Shown here one piece after another: positions 38,560 to 47,098 of a stretch of 64,000 nt of DNA. A program made the translations under genes and the position numbers. Positions within the stretch are counted from its first letter, which is position 1; the number at the start of each line of letters is the position of its first letter. The notes under the pieces are model-generated. The model was not told where the DNA came from, did no database searches, and was given only the letters and a program-made list of their open reading frames with translations. The DNA is from Spirochaetota bacterium (lineage in GTDB: Bacteria > Spirochaetota > Spirochaetia > CAKZLE01): NCBI GenBank assembly GCA_051745285.1, contig JBNJDX010000001.1, positions 67,150 through 131,149 on the forward strand. The letters run 5' to 3'.

Positions 38560-39576
38560 CTACACCAAATCCCTCTTTATGAGCGTCTCGGCAATCTGAA
38601 CAGCGTTCAGAGCGGCCCCTTTTCGAATATTATTGGAAACAACCCACAGGTTGAGACCATTGTCTATCGTGGTATCTTCCCGCATTCTTCCGACCATCGT
38701 AAGGTCTTCATCATTGCTCATGATCGGTGTTGGATAGGTTTCAGTGGCGGGATCATCAATGATCTTAATGCTCTCTTCCCCGCCGAGGATATCCCGGACC
38801 TGTTCAACAGTCAGTTTTTTCTCTGTTTCAATGTTGATCGATTCAGAGTGCCCATACCAGACGGGAACCCTGACACAGGTGGCTGTCACTTTGATATTCG
38901 GATCCAGCATCTTTTTGGTCTCGTTGACCATCTTGTACTCTTCCTTAGTGTAGCCACCTTCCTGAAATACATCGATATGGGGCAGGCAGTTAAAAGCAAT
39001 CTGCTGCTTGTAGGCCTTGGGCTCACTGACACCACCACTTTGTAGCTGCTCCTCGGATTCTTCCCGCAGTCCATCGATAGCCTTTTTCCCCGAACCGGAC
39101 ACCGCCTGGTAGGTTGAAACTACCACGCGTTTGATGTTCGCTGCTGCATGCAGCGGTTTGAGTACCACCAGCATCTGAATGGTCGAACAGTTCGGATTGG
39201 CGATGATTCCTTTGTGCCAGTCCAAATCCTCCGGATTTACCTCGGGCACCACCAACGGGCAATTGGGATCCATCCTCCATTGAGCGCTATTATCTACAAC
39301 AACAGCTCCCTCTTCGACTGCAATCGGGGCAAGCACTTTACTTGCTTCTCCGCCTGCAGAAAAGATGGCAATATCTACGCCCTGAAAAGCACCTTTCTTA
39401 GCCTCTTTGGTTACCCATTTCTTTCCCTGGAACTCTACCTCTTTTCCAGCCTGGGAGGCCACATCAAGCGGTACAAGCTCAGAAACAGGAAATTTTCTTC
39501 TCTCCAATGTTGCCAGCATCTCCGTTCCAACCACTCCGAGTGCACCGACAACTGCAACAGTATATGTTTTCGCCAT
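38560..39576 (-). CDS. asd: Aspartate-semialdehyde dehydrogenase (phosphorylating, bacterial short type)
   Basis: VAVVGALGVVG, the active-site sequence IANPNCSTIQ and STYQAVSGSG are present. The ORF is trimmed to MAKTYTV after an AAGGAGG RBS. Confidence 0.9.
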   Translation of the reverse strand: MAKTYTVAVVGALGVVGTEMLATLERRKFPVSELVPLDVASQAGKEVEFQGKKWVTKEAKKGAFQGVDIAIFSAGGEASKVLAPIAVEEGAVVVDNSAQWRMDPNCPLVVPEVNPEDLDWHKGIIANPNCSTIQMLVVLKPLHAAANIKRVVVSTYQAVSGSGKKAIDGLREESEEQLQSGGVSEPKAYKQQIAFNCLPHIDVFQEGGYTKEEYKMVNETKKMLDPNIKVTATCVRVPVWYGHSESINIETEKKLTVEQVRDILGGEESIKIIDDPATETYPTPIMSNDEDLTMVGRMREDTTIDNGLNLWVVSNNIRKGAALNAVQIAETLIKRDLV

Positions 39577-39596
39577 AACCCTATCCTCCTTAGACA

Positions 39597-40979
39597 CTAA
39601 CTGAGCTTTCCGCTCTCAAGATCAGCAATAACACCCTCAATAATCTCAATCCCTTTCATCAGAAGTTCTTCAGAAATAACCAAGGGCGGAAGCAGTCTTG
39701 CTACATTGTTGTGGTGACCACCGACTTCTATCATAACGCCCCGCTGGTGGGCATACTTTCTAATCTTTTTAGCAATATCCGCAGAGGGCTTTTTGCTCTT
39801 GGAATCCTCTACCATCTCGAGGGCAAGCATCAATCCAATTCCGCGGGCTTCACCGAGAGTGTCATGTTTTTTCTCCATCTCTTTGAGACGGGCCATTGCC
39901 TTTTCACCAAGTTCAGCTGCTCTTTGCGGAATCTTATGTTCTACCATCCAGTTTAGACCCGTGGCACCAGCTGCAAATGCAACCATATTTCCGCGGAATG
40001 TGCCGATTGTCTTACCAGCCGGCCAGGTATTGAGCTCCTCCCGGTAAGCAATAGCTGAAATGGGAAATCCAACTCCACCGAGAGCTTTACTCATCGTTAC
40101 AATGTCGGGAACGATTCCAGCATGCTCGAAGGCAAACATCTTCCCTGTTCGGCCGAGTCCTGACTGAATCTCATCACAAATCATCAACACCCCATGTCTT
40201 TCAGTTATCTCGCGTACTCTTTGCAGGAACCTAGGTGAAGGGATAATAGTTCCGCCCTCACCCTGCACTGACTCAAGAATAACAGCAGCTGGTTTTGAAA
40301 AACCGGAGTGGGAATCCTCCAGGATCCGCTCCAGGGTGTTTGCAGCCTGATCGTTCACCTGGTCGTCCGGACAGCCGAACGGGTTGCGGTAAGTGTAGGG
40401 AAACGGAATAAACTGGATTCCAGGGACAAGGGTCCCAATTCCATCCCGGTGACTGCTATCGGAAGTCAGTGCCAACGCAGCTCCTGTCATCCCGTGATAC
40501 GCCCCTTCAAAGGCAAGGATCCCATTACGGCCGGTGTTGTACTTTGCCAGTTTCAAAGCCTGTTCAACAGCATCCGAACCAGTCGGTCCGCCAAAGAACA
40601 CCCGGTTGAGTTCTTTCGGCAACAGGGTGGCAAGGGTCTCCACCATCTTCTGCCGTGTTTCAGTAGGGATATCAAGTGAATGAGTAACCTTGTCAATCTG
40701 CTCATGTGCTGCTCTGAGTACTTCCGGGTGCCCATGACCAAGCGCCATAACGCCAGCTCCCGCAAACAGATCTATATAGACATTACCGTCAACGTCCTCC
40801 AGAGTAGCTCCTTTTCCTCTTGCCAGGGCCATCGGCATCCCCTTGGAATAGGAAACTGCAGAACTCTCATGTTCTGCCTGATAGGTTAAAATTTCTTTTG
40901 ATTTCGGTCCGGGTGGTACCATATGTATTTTCGGCGCCCCCTCAATCGACATCTGTTCAAACATCTTCTCATTGTCCAT
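39597..40979 (-). CDS. Class-III PLP aminotransferase (diaminobutyrate/4-aminobutyrate transaminase type; DoeD/EctB-like)
   Basis: Family blocks GSDAVE, DEIQSGLGRTG and the PLP-lysine region TMSKALGG are present. The ORF is trimmed to MDNEKMF after an AAGGAG RBS. Confidence 0.85.
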   Translation of the reverse strand: MDNEKMFEQMSIEGAPKIHMVPPGPKSKEILTYQAEHESSAVSYSKGMPMALARGKGATLEDVDGNVYIDLFAGAGVMALGHGHPEVLRAAHEQIDKVTHSLDIPTETRQKMVETLATLLPKELNRVFFGGPTGSDAVEQALKLAKYNTGRNGILAFEGAYHGMTGAALALTSDSSHRDGIGTLVPGIQFIPFPYTYRNPFGCPDDQVNDQAANTLERILEDSHSGFSKPAAVILESVQGEGGTIIPSPRFLQRVREITERHGVLMICDEIQSGLGRTGKMFAFEHAGIVPDIVTMSKALGGVGFPISAIAYREELNTWPAGKTIGTFRGNMVAFAAGATGLNWMVEHKIPQRAAELGEKAMARLKEMEKKHDTLGEARGIGLMLALEMVEDSKSKKPSADIAKKIRKYAHQRGVMIEVGGHHNNVARLLPPLVISEELLMKGIEIIEGVIADLESGKLS

Positions 40980-41007
40980 TTCTACTTCTCCTTTGCGCTT
41001 CTCCGCC

Positions 41008-41814
41008 CTACAAGGCAGATCCGCTCGCATTATGTACCATTTTTTCAGTTATCTGCTTTGCCGCATCTTTCAACGGCTCAATCAGTTCATTAATTTTCTC
41101 TTCAGTCAGTCGCATCGCTGGCCCGGATATTGAAACAGTGGCCATGACCTCTTCTCTCTCGTTATAAATCGGGGCGGCAACACTGTTGAGATCGTCGGCA
41201 AATTCAAGTATTTCCGTAGCATACCCATCTCTGAGAGCCTTCTGTACTGCCTGCTTAAACGCCTGGGGATCGGTAATGCTGTGATCGGTCCGCCGTCTAT
41301 AATTCAGATTCCTCAGGTAGGAATCCAGTTTCTCCTGGGGCCAGCAAGAAAGGAGTAATTTGCCAGAAGCACAGGTATTTACCGGATAGGTGTAGGTTAC
41401 ATCCGGATTGAGCACTACGTGGTGCGAACTCTTTACCTCTTCAATGGCTATCACTACATCATCCGAAAGCACCGTCAAATAGATATTCTCACGAGCAACT
41501 TTTTCAAGATCATACATCTTGGATTTGGCCAAATCTCGAAGCTTCTTTTTAACTGGGACAGTACTCCCAAGCTGAAACAGCTTAAAACTCAGCTGATATC
41601 CATCATCTGTTTTCTCCACATACCCTATGTGCACGAGCGTCGCTAACAGTCGGTGCACATTGGCCCGGGTCAGACCAAGCCCTTTGCAAATAGTAGAAGG
41701 CTGTACCGGTTGGTTGGCAGCAATAAACTCAAGTAGGGAACTTGCTTTTATCACAGTAGTCGCCAATGGGTAGCTTGTATCACTATTTGAACAACTGTTT
41801 ATTTGTTGAGACAT
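41008..41814 (-). CDS. IclR-family transcriptional regulator
   Basis: An N-terminal wHTH (ICKGLGLTRANVHRLLATLV) precedes a C-terminal IclR effector domain. It is the first gene of the minus-strand island. Confidence 0.85.
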   Translation of the reverse strand: MSQQINSCSNSDTSYPLATTVIKASSLLEFIAANQPVQPSTICKGLGLTRANVHRLLATLVHIGYVEKTDDGYQLSFKLFQLGSTVPVKKKLRDLAKSKMYDLEKVARENIYLTVLSDDVVIAIEEVKSSHHVVLNPDVTYTYPVNTCASGKLLLSCWPQEKLDSYLRNLNYRRRTDHSITDPQAFKQAVQKALRDGYATEILEFADDLNSVAAPIYNEREEVMATVSISGPAMRLTEEKINELIEPLKDAAKQITEKMVHNASGSAL

Positions 41815-42153
41815 ACCTTATTATGAGGCGGGCTTTTTTCATTTGTCAAGAGAAGATTTTCATAATTTCTGATTTTATTGCTCAGCTTTCTGCGGGAAAC
41901 AGCAAAAAAATGGGTATAGGGAGGGGAAGACCGCGTTATTACACAGCTGAAATTACTCTTTCGGCATTGTCGGTCTTCTCTAACGACCAGCTCTGTTTTT
42001 ACCGCGAGTTTGGCCCCGGTAAACGAGATGGTTAACCATATAGGCAGGCAGTTTGCTTAGAGGGGTATCACGCGTGAGGGATGGTGTCTTGCCTCAATGC
42101 ACCTGCAGTAGATCTCAGCATTCATCCCATTATGCTAGAAGAGGGGTCTGCTC

Positions 42154-42432
42154 TTATTTTTTGTGCTTTCGTCTGAAAATTGGATGGAAATACTTATCCA
42201 TGTCTACGTGCCGGGAGATGTATTTGATCAGTAGTGTATACAGACCATAGGTCCCTACAATTGAAACAACAAAGGAGAGCAGCATAAACAGTTGAACGGC
42301 TGCCGGCGAGGTATCTTCAGTCAGGAATATCCCCAGTACAGCCAGTACCAGGATAAAGAGCACTATCATCATCACGACGTTTAGTACTGAAGCCACAAGC
42401 ACGAATAGTGCAGTATTTACCTTCTTATTCAT
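42154..42432 (-). CDS. Small hypothetical membrane protein (2 TM helices)
   Basis: 92 aa with two hydrophobic helices and a basic tail. The start overlaps the lspA stop (ATGA). Confidence 0.5.
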   Translation of the reverse strand: MNKKVNTALFVLVASVLNVVMMIVLFILVLAVLGIFLTEDTSPAAVQLFMLLSFVVSIVGTYGLYTLLIKYISRHVDMDKYFHPIFRRKHKK

Positions 42433-42953
42433 AATATTCGTTCCTCTTTTTTCGAACCCAGCAGTGATAGCACGAGGAGAATCCCTCCCACTACAACTGA
42501 TGAGTCGGCAACATTAAACGTCGGCCACCGCTCAAGACCAAAAATCCCAAAAAACTTCACGTCTATGAAGTCCACAACTCCGCCGGGACGAAATATCCGG
42601 TCTATGAGATTTCCTATTCCCCCTCCAATCATGAGGGCAATAGCCCACCGCTGGAAGGAGGAGAATTCATCGCTTCTGCACATGTAGACTATCACACCGA
42701 CTATGATCAGCAAAGGGACAACAATAAATAGAATAAGTCGAGCTGCATCGGGTAGAGTGTCACCGAGACTGAAAGCAACCGCCCGGTTCCGCACGTGAAT
42801 AATGCGAAGCAGTTCTCCCGGTCCGGAACTCCAGGCAACGGCATAGTGGGCAATATGGTCGACCACCAGAAATTTGGTCAGCTGGTCGAGAAAAATCACC
42901 AAAGCCGTTGCTATAAAAGGCAATGCCTTCTGCCTGCTAGTCACCACGATCAC
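42429..42953 (-). CDS. lspA: Lipoprotein signal peptidase II
   Basis: 174 aa and 4 TM helices, with the conserved blocks FLDQLTK, NRGVAF-like NRAVAFS, and FNVADS. Confidence 0.9.
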   Translation of the reverse strand: MIVVTSRQKALPFIATALVIFLDQLTKFLVVDHIAHYAVAWSSGPGELLRIIHVRNRAVAFSLGDTLPDAARLILFIVVPLLIIVGVIVYMCRSDEFSSFQRWAIALMIGGGIGNLIDRIFRPGGVVDFIDVKFFGIFGLERWPTFNVADSSVVVGGILLVLSLLGSKKEERIL

Positions 42954-43708
42954 AGCCCCGTCGGAACATCAACAAACACGGTCTCAAGTTCCAGTTCTTT
43001 TTCAATTCTCACTGCCAGTGCTTTAGGACCGAACACTTCAGTGGCATAATGTCCGCCTGATATCACGTTGAGCCTCTCTTCTAAACAGGTGTGGTAGACT
43101 TGGTGAAGCAGCTCTCCAGTTATAAACAGATCAGCGCCAGCTGAAACCGCCTCAGAGACAGCCGAAGAGCCGCCGCCGGAGACAAGAGCTACCCGCGAGA
43201 CCTCCTGAGAGAGACCAAAGGAGAATACCGGTGAGTCTGCTGGAAAACCCAGTGCACGACGAACCTCCTGAAGTTGCATAGGGAAGGGAAGCTCCCCCAT
43301 GATACCGATGGTAACTCCGTGATACCGGCCAAAGGGTTCTCTCTTCTGAAGACCGAGTATATCGGCCATAGCAGCATTATTTCCTACTTCCCAGTGTGCA
43401 TCGAGAGGCAGATGGGAAGCATACACTGCCAGATCGTGTTCAATTGCCGTGGCCACCCGTCCGTAGTGCATACCGGCGATAGCCAGCGGGCTACCCCAGA
43501 ACAGTCCGTGGTGAACAACCAGCATGTCAGCACCGAGCCCTGCCGCTCGTTCAAAACTTTCTCTACATGCATCCACTGCAAACGCTATCTTGCGTATTTC
43601 GGGGTTCTTTCGTGCAATCTGCAACCCGTTCAGCGAAACATCACTGTCAGAGAAGTCGGCAACATGTAAAAACCCATCCAACCATTTTGTTAAATCATCA
43701 AGTTTCAT
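42950..43708 (-). CDS. Nif3-family dinuclear metal centre protein
   Basis: MKLDDLTKWLD..., VVHHGLFW and GGHYATE are present. The ORF is trimmed to an internal Met. Confidence 0.85.
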   Translation of the reverse strand: MKLDDLTKWLDGFLHVADFSDSDVSLNGLQIARKNPEIRKIAFAVDACRESFERAAGLGADMLVVHHGLFWGSPLAIAGMHYGRVATAIEHDLAVYASHLPLDAHWEVGNNAAMADILGLQKREPFGRYHGVTIGIMGELPFPMQLQEVRRALGFPADSPVFSFGLSQEVSRVALVSGGGSSAVSEAVSAGADLFITGELLHQVYHTCLEERLNVISGGHYATEVFGPKALAVRIEKELELETVFVDVPTGL

Positions 43709-43848
43709 GCCCCCCATTATCGGGAAAACCTGTATTCTATACAAGACCTGTACGCTTTAGTACCCGCAATCATTTTTGCCCCTTCTCAGGGAGAAAGTCC
43801 TGCCCCCTAGGCTGCGAGCTTGACAGCATTCCAGCACAGACCTATAGT

Positions 43849-45912
43849 ATGAGGCCCATGGCAGATCTTGATTTTTCCATTCACGAAATAACATATGAAG
43901 AGGCCAGCTTTTCTTATAGTGAAAAGCATATCTCCCGATATACCCCGGCAACAGGTTTCAGCGACATCATCGGGCAACCCCGAGCTGCTGCGGCGATAGA
44001 AATGGGCATACAAATCTCCGGGAAAGGGTACAACATCTTTGTTTCCGGTGAGTCTGGGTCCGGACGCACAACCGCTATACAGAACATTCTGAAAAAACAG
44101 CCGTTTAGACCTGACCGGCTGCGTGATATTGCCCTTGTTCACAATTTTATCAAACCGGAGAATCCAATCCCTGTGTACCTGACGCCGGGGAGAGGACAGG
44201 AACTCGTCCTCTCCATGCGATCAATTGTTCACACGCTTAAAGAATACATTCTTGACAGCATACTCCAGGGTACTGCTACCTTTGACGGGGAAAAACTCTC
44301 TGAGCTCATCAGGCCAGAGACAGACAAGCTCCGTAGCAAATACAGCGATTCGACCATGAGTGCTTACCTTGCACAGGTACTGCTGGACATAGAAACCTCT
44401 GGATATGTCTTCAATGGGCTCTCAGCGGAAATGGTGCGCACATCTTCCTTTTTTAACCGATACTCAGTGAATCTGCTCGTAGATCACAGTACTACAAGCA
44501 CCAACCCGATCGTGGTTGAAAACCACCCTACTTTCACCCAGCTGATCGGGTCCATTGATCCGCAGCAGTCCCTCCCGTTTCTTGCCATTCATGCCGGATC
44601 TCTGCTTGAAGCTTCAGGAGGATTTCTTGTCCTTGATGCTGAGGAAATCCTCAAGGAGGAACACCTGTGGGACAAGATCAAACAAATTCTCAAGACCTCG
44701 CGTTTAAGTGTCCAAAACCCTACTTCTACCACTAATCAGTCGAGCAGTATCCGACCGGAACCGATTGAAGTTGACATAAAGGTGCTTATGCTCGGTTCTG
44801 ATGATATGTATGACTATCTGTACAGCGAGGATCCTGACTTCCACAAGCTGTTCAAGGTTACCGCCGAATTTGACTTTTCCATGCCATCGAACTCTGAGAA
44901 TATCGGCAAATATCTGAGCTATATCGACATGATTACAGGCAATGAACAGCTTCTCCCAGTTGATACAGCGGGGAAGACCGAAATCCTGCGATACGGTTCT
45001 TACCTGGCAGAACACCGTGAGGAGTTAAGCACACAGTTTTCTCTTATCGCCGACCTTATCCGTGAATCCCATTATCAGGCGGTCAGCGAAGGGGCCGCTT
45101 CCATTACAGCAGGAGCAGTAAAAGCAGCCCAAAGGGCCCGCAACTATCTCTCCAGCCTCACAGAGGCAAAAATAACTGAGCAGATTCTCGCCGGAGAGAT
45201 GCTTGTGCATCTGGAGGGAAGCAAAGTCGGGGTGGTCAACGCTTTAGCAGTACTCGATCGCGGTTATTACAGTTTTGGCATTCCGGCTGTCATATCGGCA
45301 ACCGTTGCACCGGGAAGTGAGGGAATTGTCAATATTGAGCACGAGGCCGGACTCTCCGGGGAGATCCATGACAAAGGACTCCTGATACTTGAGGGCTACC
45401 TCCGAAAGATGTATGCCAGAAACTTCCCGCTATCCATATACGCGGGGATTTGCTTCGAGCAGTCCTACGCAGAGGTCGACGGCGACTCAGCCTCCTCTAG
45501 CGAACTGTATGCACTGCTTTCCGCTGTGGGCGATATCCCCATTCGACAGGAAATATCCGTGACCGGATCAGTAAACCAGATGGGTGAAATTCAGCCGGTA
45601 GGCGGGATCAACGAGAAAATCACTGGGTTTTTTCGGATCTGCTCCCGAAAGGGCCTCTCAGGACATCAAGGAGTCATTATCCCCAGGAAGAATATCAGAA
45701 ATCTTATTCTTCCCGAAGATGTGCTGAATGCCATATCACGTCGTGCCTTTCACATCTACCCTATCGATACCATCGACGACGGGATGCAGATTCTCACCCT
45801 CCGAAAAGCTGGTGAGCGAGGTGCAAAGGGGACCTTCCCGCCAAATACCGTGAACCGAATCATAGAGGATCGGCTTAAGCACTTGTCCTCTCTCTCCAGA
45901 CAGAATAATTAA
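43849..45912 (+). CDS. Lon-like protease with degenerate AAA-like module (LonC/Lon-related type)
   Basis: The C-terminal Lon protease domain carries VDGDSASSSE (catalytic Ser) and IIPRKN (Lys). The N-terminal P-loop reads GESGSGRT (Arg in place of Lys), and Walker B reads LVLDAEE. The ORF is trimmed from 43567 because that extension overlaps the Nif3-family gene on the opposite strand. Confidence 0.8.
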   Translation: MRPMADLDFSIHEITYEEASFSYSEKHISRYTPATGFSDIIGQPRAAAAIEMGIQISGKGYNIFVSGESGSGRTTAIQNILKKQPFRPDRLRDIALVHNFIKPENPIPVYLTPGRGQELVLSMRSIVHTLKEYILDSILQGTATFDGEKLSELIRPETDKLRSKYSDSTMSAYLAQVLLDIETSGYVFNGLSAEMVRTSSFFNRYSVNLLVDHSTTSTNPIVVENHPTFTQLIGSIDPQQSLPFLAIHAGSLLEASGGFLVLDAEEILKEEHLWDKIKQILKTSRLSVQNPTSTTNQSSSIRPEPIEVDIKVLMLGSDDMYDYLYSEDPDFHKLFKVTAEFDFSMPSNSENIGKYLSYIDMITGNEQLLPVDTAGKTEILRYGSYLAEHREELSTQFSLIADLIRESHYQAVSEGAASITAGAVKAAQRARNYLSSLTEAKITEQILAGEMLVHLEGSKVGVVNALAVLDRGYYSFGIPAVISATVAPGSEGIVNIEHEAGLSGEIHDKGLLILEGYLRKMYARNFPLSIYAGICFEQSYAEVDGDSASSSELYALLSAVGDIPIRQEISVTGSVNQMGEIQPVGGINEKITGFFRICSRKGLSGHQGVIIPRKNIRNLILPEDVLNAISRRAFHIYPIDTIDDGMQILTLRKAGERGAKGTFPPNTVNRIIEDRLKHLSSLSRQNN

Positions 45913-45985
45913 CCGGGACACAAGATATCTGAGATGATTTCTGTATAGATAGTAAATCATACTTTTCATATTATACATATTTTTC

Positions 45986-46014
45986 TTGACAATTCCATTT
46001 GCGCTGATTATGTT
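45986..46014 (+). promoter_or_regulatory. Candidate sigma-70-type promoter for the glutaredoxin-like gene
   Basis: TTGACA, a 17-nt spacer, then TATGTT, in an AT-rich spacer about 48 nt upstream of the ATG. Confidence 0.4.
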
Positions 46015-46061
46015 TTCGATACATAAAAACAACAAACAAAACCAAGAAAAGGAGAAATGAT

Positions 46062-46292
46062 ATGGCAGTAAAAATCTATACTACCCCCTCATGCGGGTAC
46101 TGCAGATTAGCAAAGGATTGGTTTAAGAAGAATAACATACCCTTTACCGAGTACAACGTGGCTCAAGACATGAAGCGGGCTGAGGAGATGGTCCAGAAGT
46201 CCGGTCAGATGGGTGTTCCCGTTGTGGATGTGAACGGGAAGATTGTTGTCGGCTTCAATAAACCTGCTATTGAGAGCGCCCTTAAGCGTTAA
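46062..46292 (+). CDS. Glutaredoxin-like protein (YruB/NrdH-like)
   Basis: 76 aa with a CGYC redox motif at the N-terminus of a thioredoxin fold (GVPVV). An AAGGAG RBS is present. Confidence 0.85.
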   Translation: MAVKIYTTPSCGYCRLAKDWFKKNNIPFTEYNVAQDMKRAEEMVQKSGQMGVPVVDVNGKIVVGFNKPAIESALKR

Positions 46293-47098
46293 GATTTTAA
46301 GATGCATGCCTGATACCAGGCATGCATAATGATACCAAAGGCAACCGAGACATTCAGTGAACCTTTCGTTCCTCCCAGGGGGATTGATACAAACCCCAGA
46401 CTTCTGCGAGCTATCTGAGCAAGTTCAGGACTCACTCCCAGCTCCTCTGAACCGACAACCATGGTACCCTGCTGAGGAAAAGGAAACTCGTTGATAGGGG
46501 TACCCCCCAATTCGAGCGCAAAGACCGGGCCATCTAATATATCGTATATTTCCTGTTCAGCAACACTCTGCCACTCAACACTACCCTCGCAGCCCCGCGC
46601 ACTCCTTTTGGCTCTAGGGTGTTCGGGGGAAGCACTCCCTTCACCCAGTAATATCTTATCAACCCCAAAAGAATCAGCAGTCCTGAAAATAGAGCCCACA
46701 TTAAATGGACTTCTGAGCCTGTCCAAGTAGACATGAAACGGTAAAACGGTACGACTGCTGCGGCTCAGCTCTATGCGGGAATCTCTCTGCTCAGTCATAT
46801 CCCAGTCAGCCGGTGATGCACCAATCTCCGAGAGTAGCGCATAATACAGGTCATCAAACACGAATATAAGATAGCGGCTCGTACGTTCAGCGGGTTTACA
46901 GGCGAGAAGCAGCAACCGCTCAGCGGTGGGCTGCGATACAGCGGCGTGAAGCTCGGACATATGAGCCAGCCGGCTGACATACTGCCAGTCAATCTGTTCA
47001 CCGGCCTCAAGGGCGAGACCAAAGGAATGGAACAGGTAGGCAGCCTTCTTGACCAGGAGCTTAGGTGGTAACCTTGAGAGCTTACGGAGTGTTATCAT
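46289..47098 (-). CDS. SpoU/TrmH-family RNA 2'-O-methyltransferase
   Basis: SPOUT motifs are present (VGSEELGVS, IPLGGTKGSLNVSVAFGI). The ORF is trimmed to MITLRKL. Its 3' end overlaps the grx stop by 4 nt. Confidence 0.75.
   Translation of the reverse strand: MITLRKLSRLPPKLLVKKAAYLFHSFGLALEAGEQIDWQYVSRLAHMSELHAAVSQPTAERLLLLACKPAERTSRYLIFVFDDLYYALLSEIGASPADWDMTEQRDSRIELSRSSRTVLPFHVYLDRLRSPFNVGSIFRTADSFGVDKILLGEGSASPEHPRAKRSARGCEGSVEWQSVAEQEIYDILDGPVFALELGGTPINEFPFPQQGTMVVGSEELGVSPELAQIARRSLGFVSIPLGGTKGSLNVSVAFGIIMHAWYQACILKS
46302..46327 (+). terminator. Perfect hairpin just 3' of the glutaredoxin-like gene, inside the convergent trmH 3' end
   Basis: ATGCATGCCTG-atac-CAGGCATGCAT forms a perfect 11-bp stem starting 10 nt after the grx stop. 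No T-tract follows. Confidence 0.4.

Noticed and set aside
41926-41978. 8-bp long-range stem (GAAGACCG ... CGGTCTTC) in the 339-bp spacer between the lspA operon and the IclR gene
   Set aside because: A 37-nt loop, the lack of an adjacent U-tract on either strand and no match to any RNA family I know make this weak. The spacer probably just holds a terminator and promoter pair that I cannot define.
43567-43848. 94-codon N-terminal extension of the Lon-like ORF
   Set aside because: It overlaps the 5' part of the Nif3-family gene on the opposite strand, and its sequence (Arg/Ser/Cys-rich) is not protein-like. Homology-like sequence begins at MRPMADLDF (43849).
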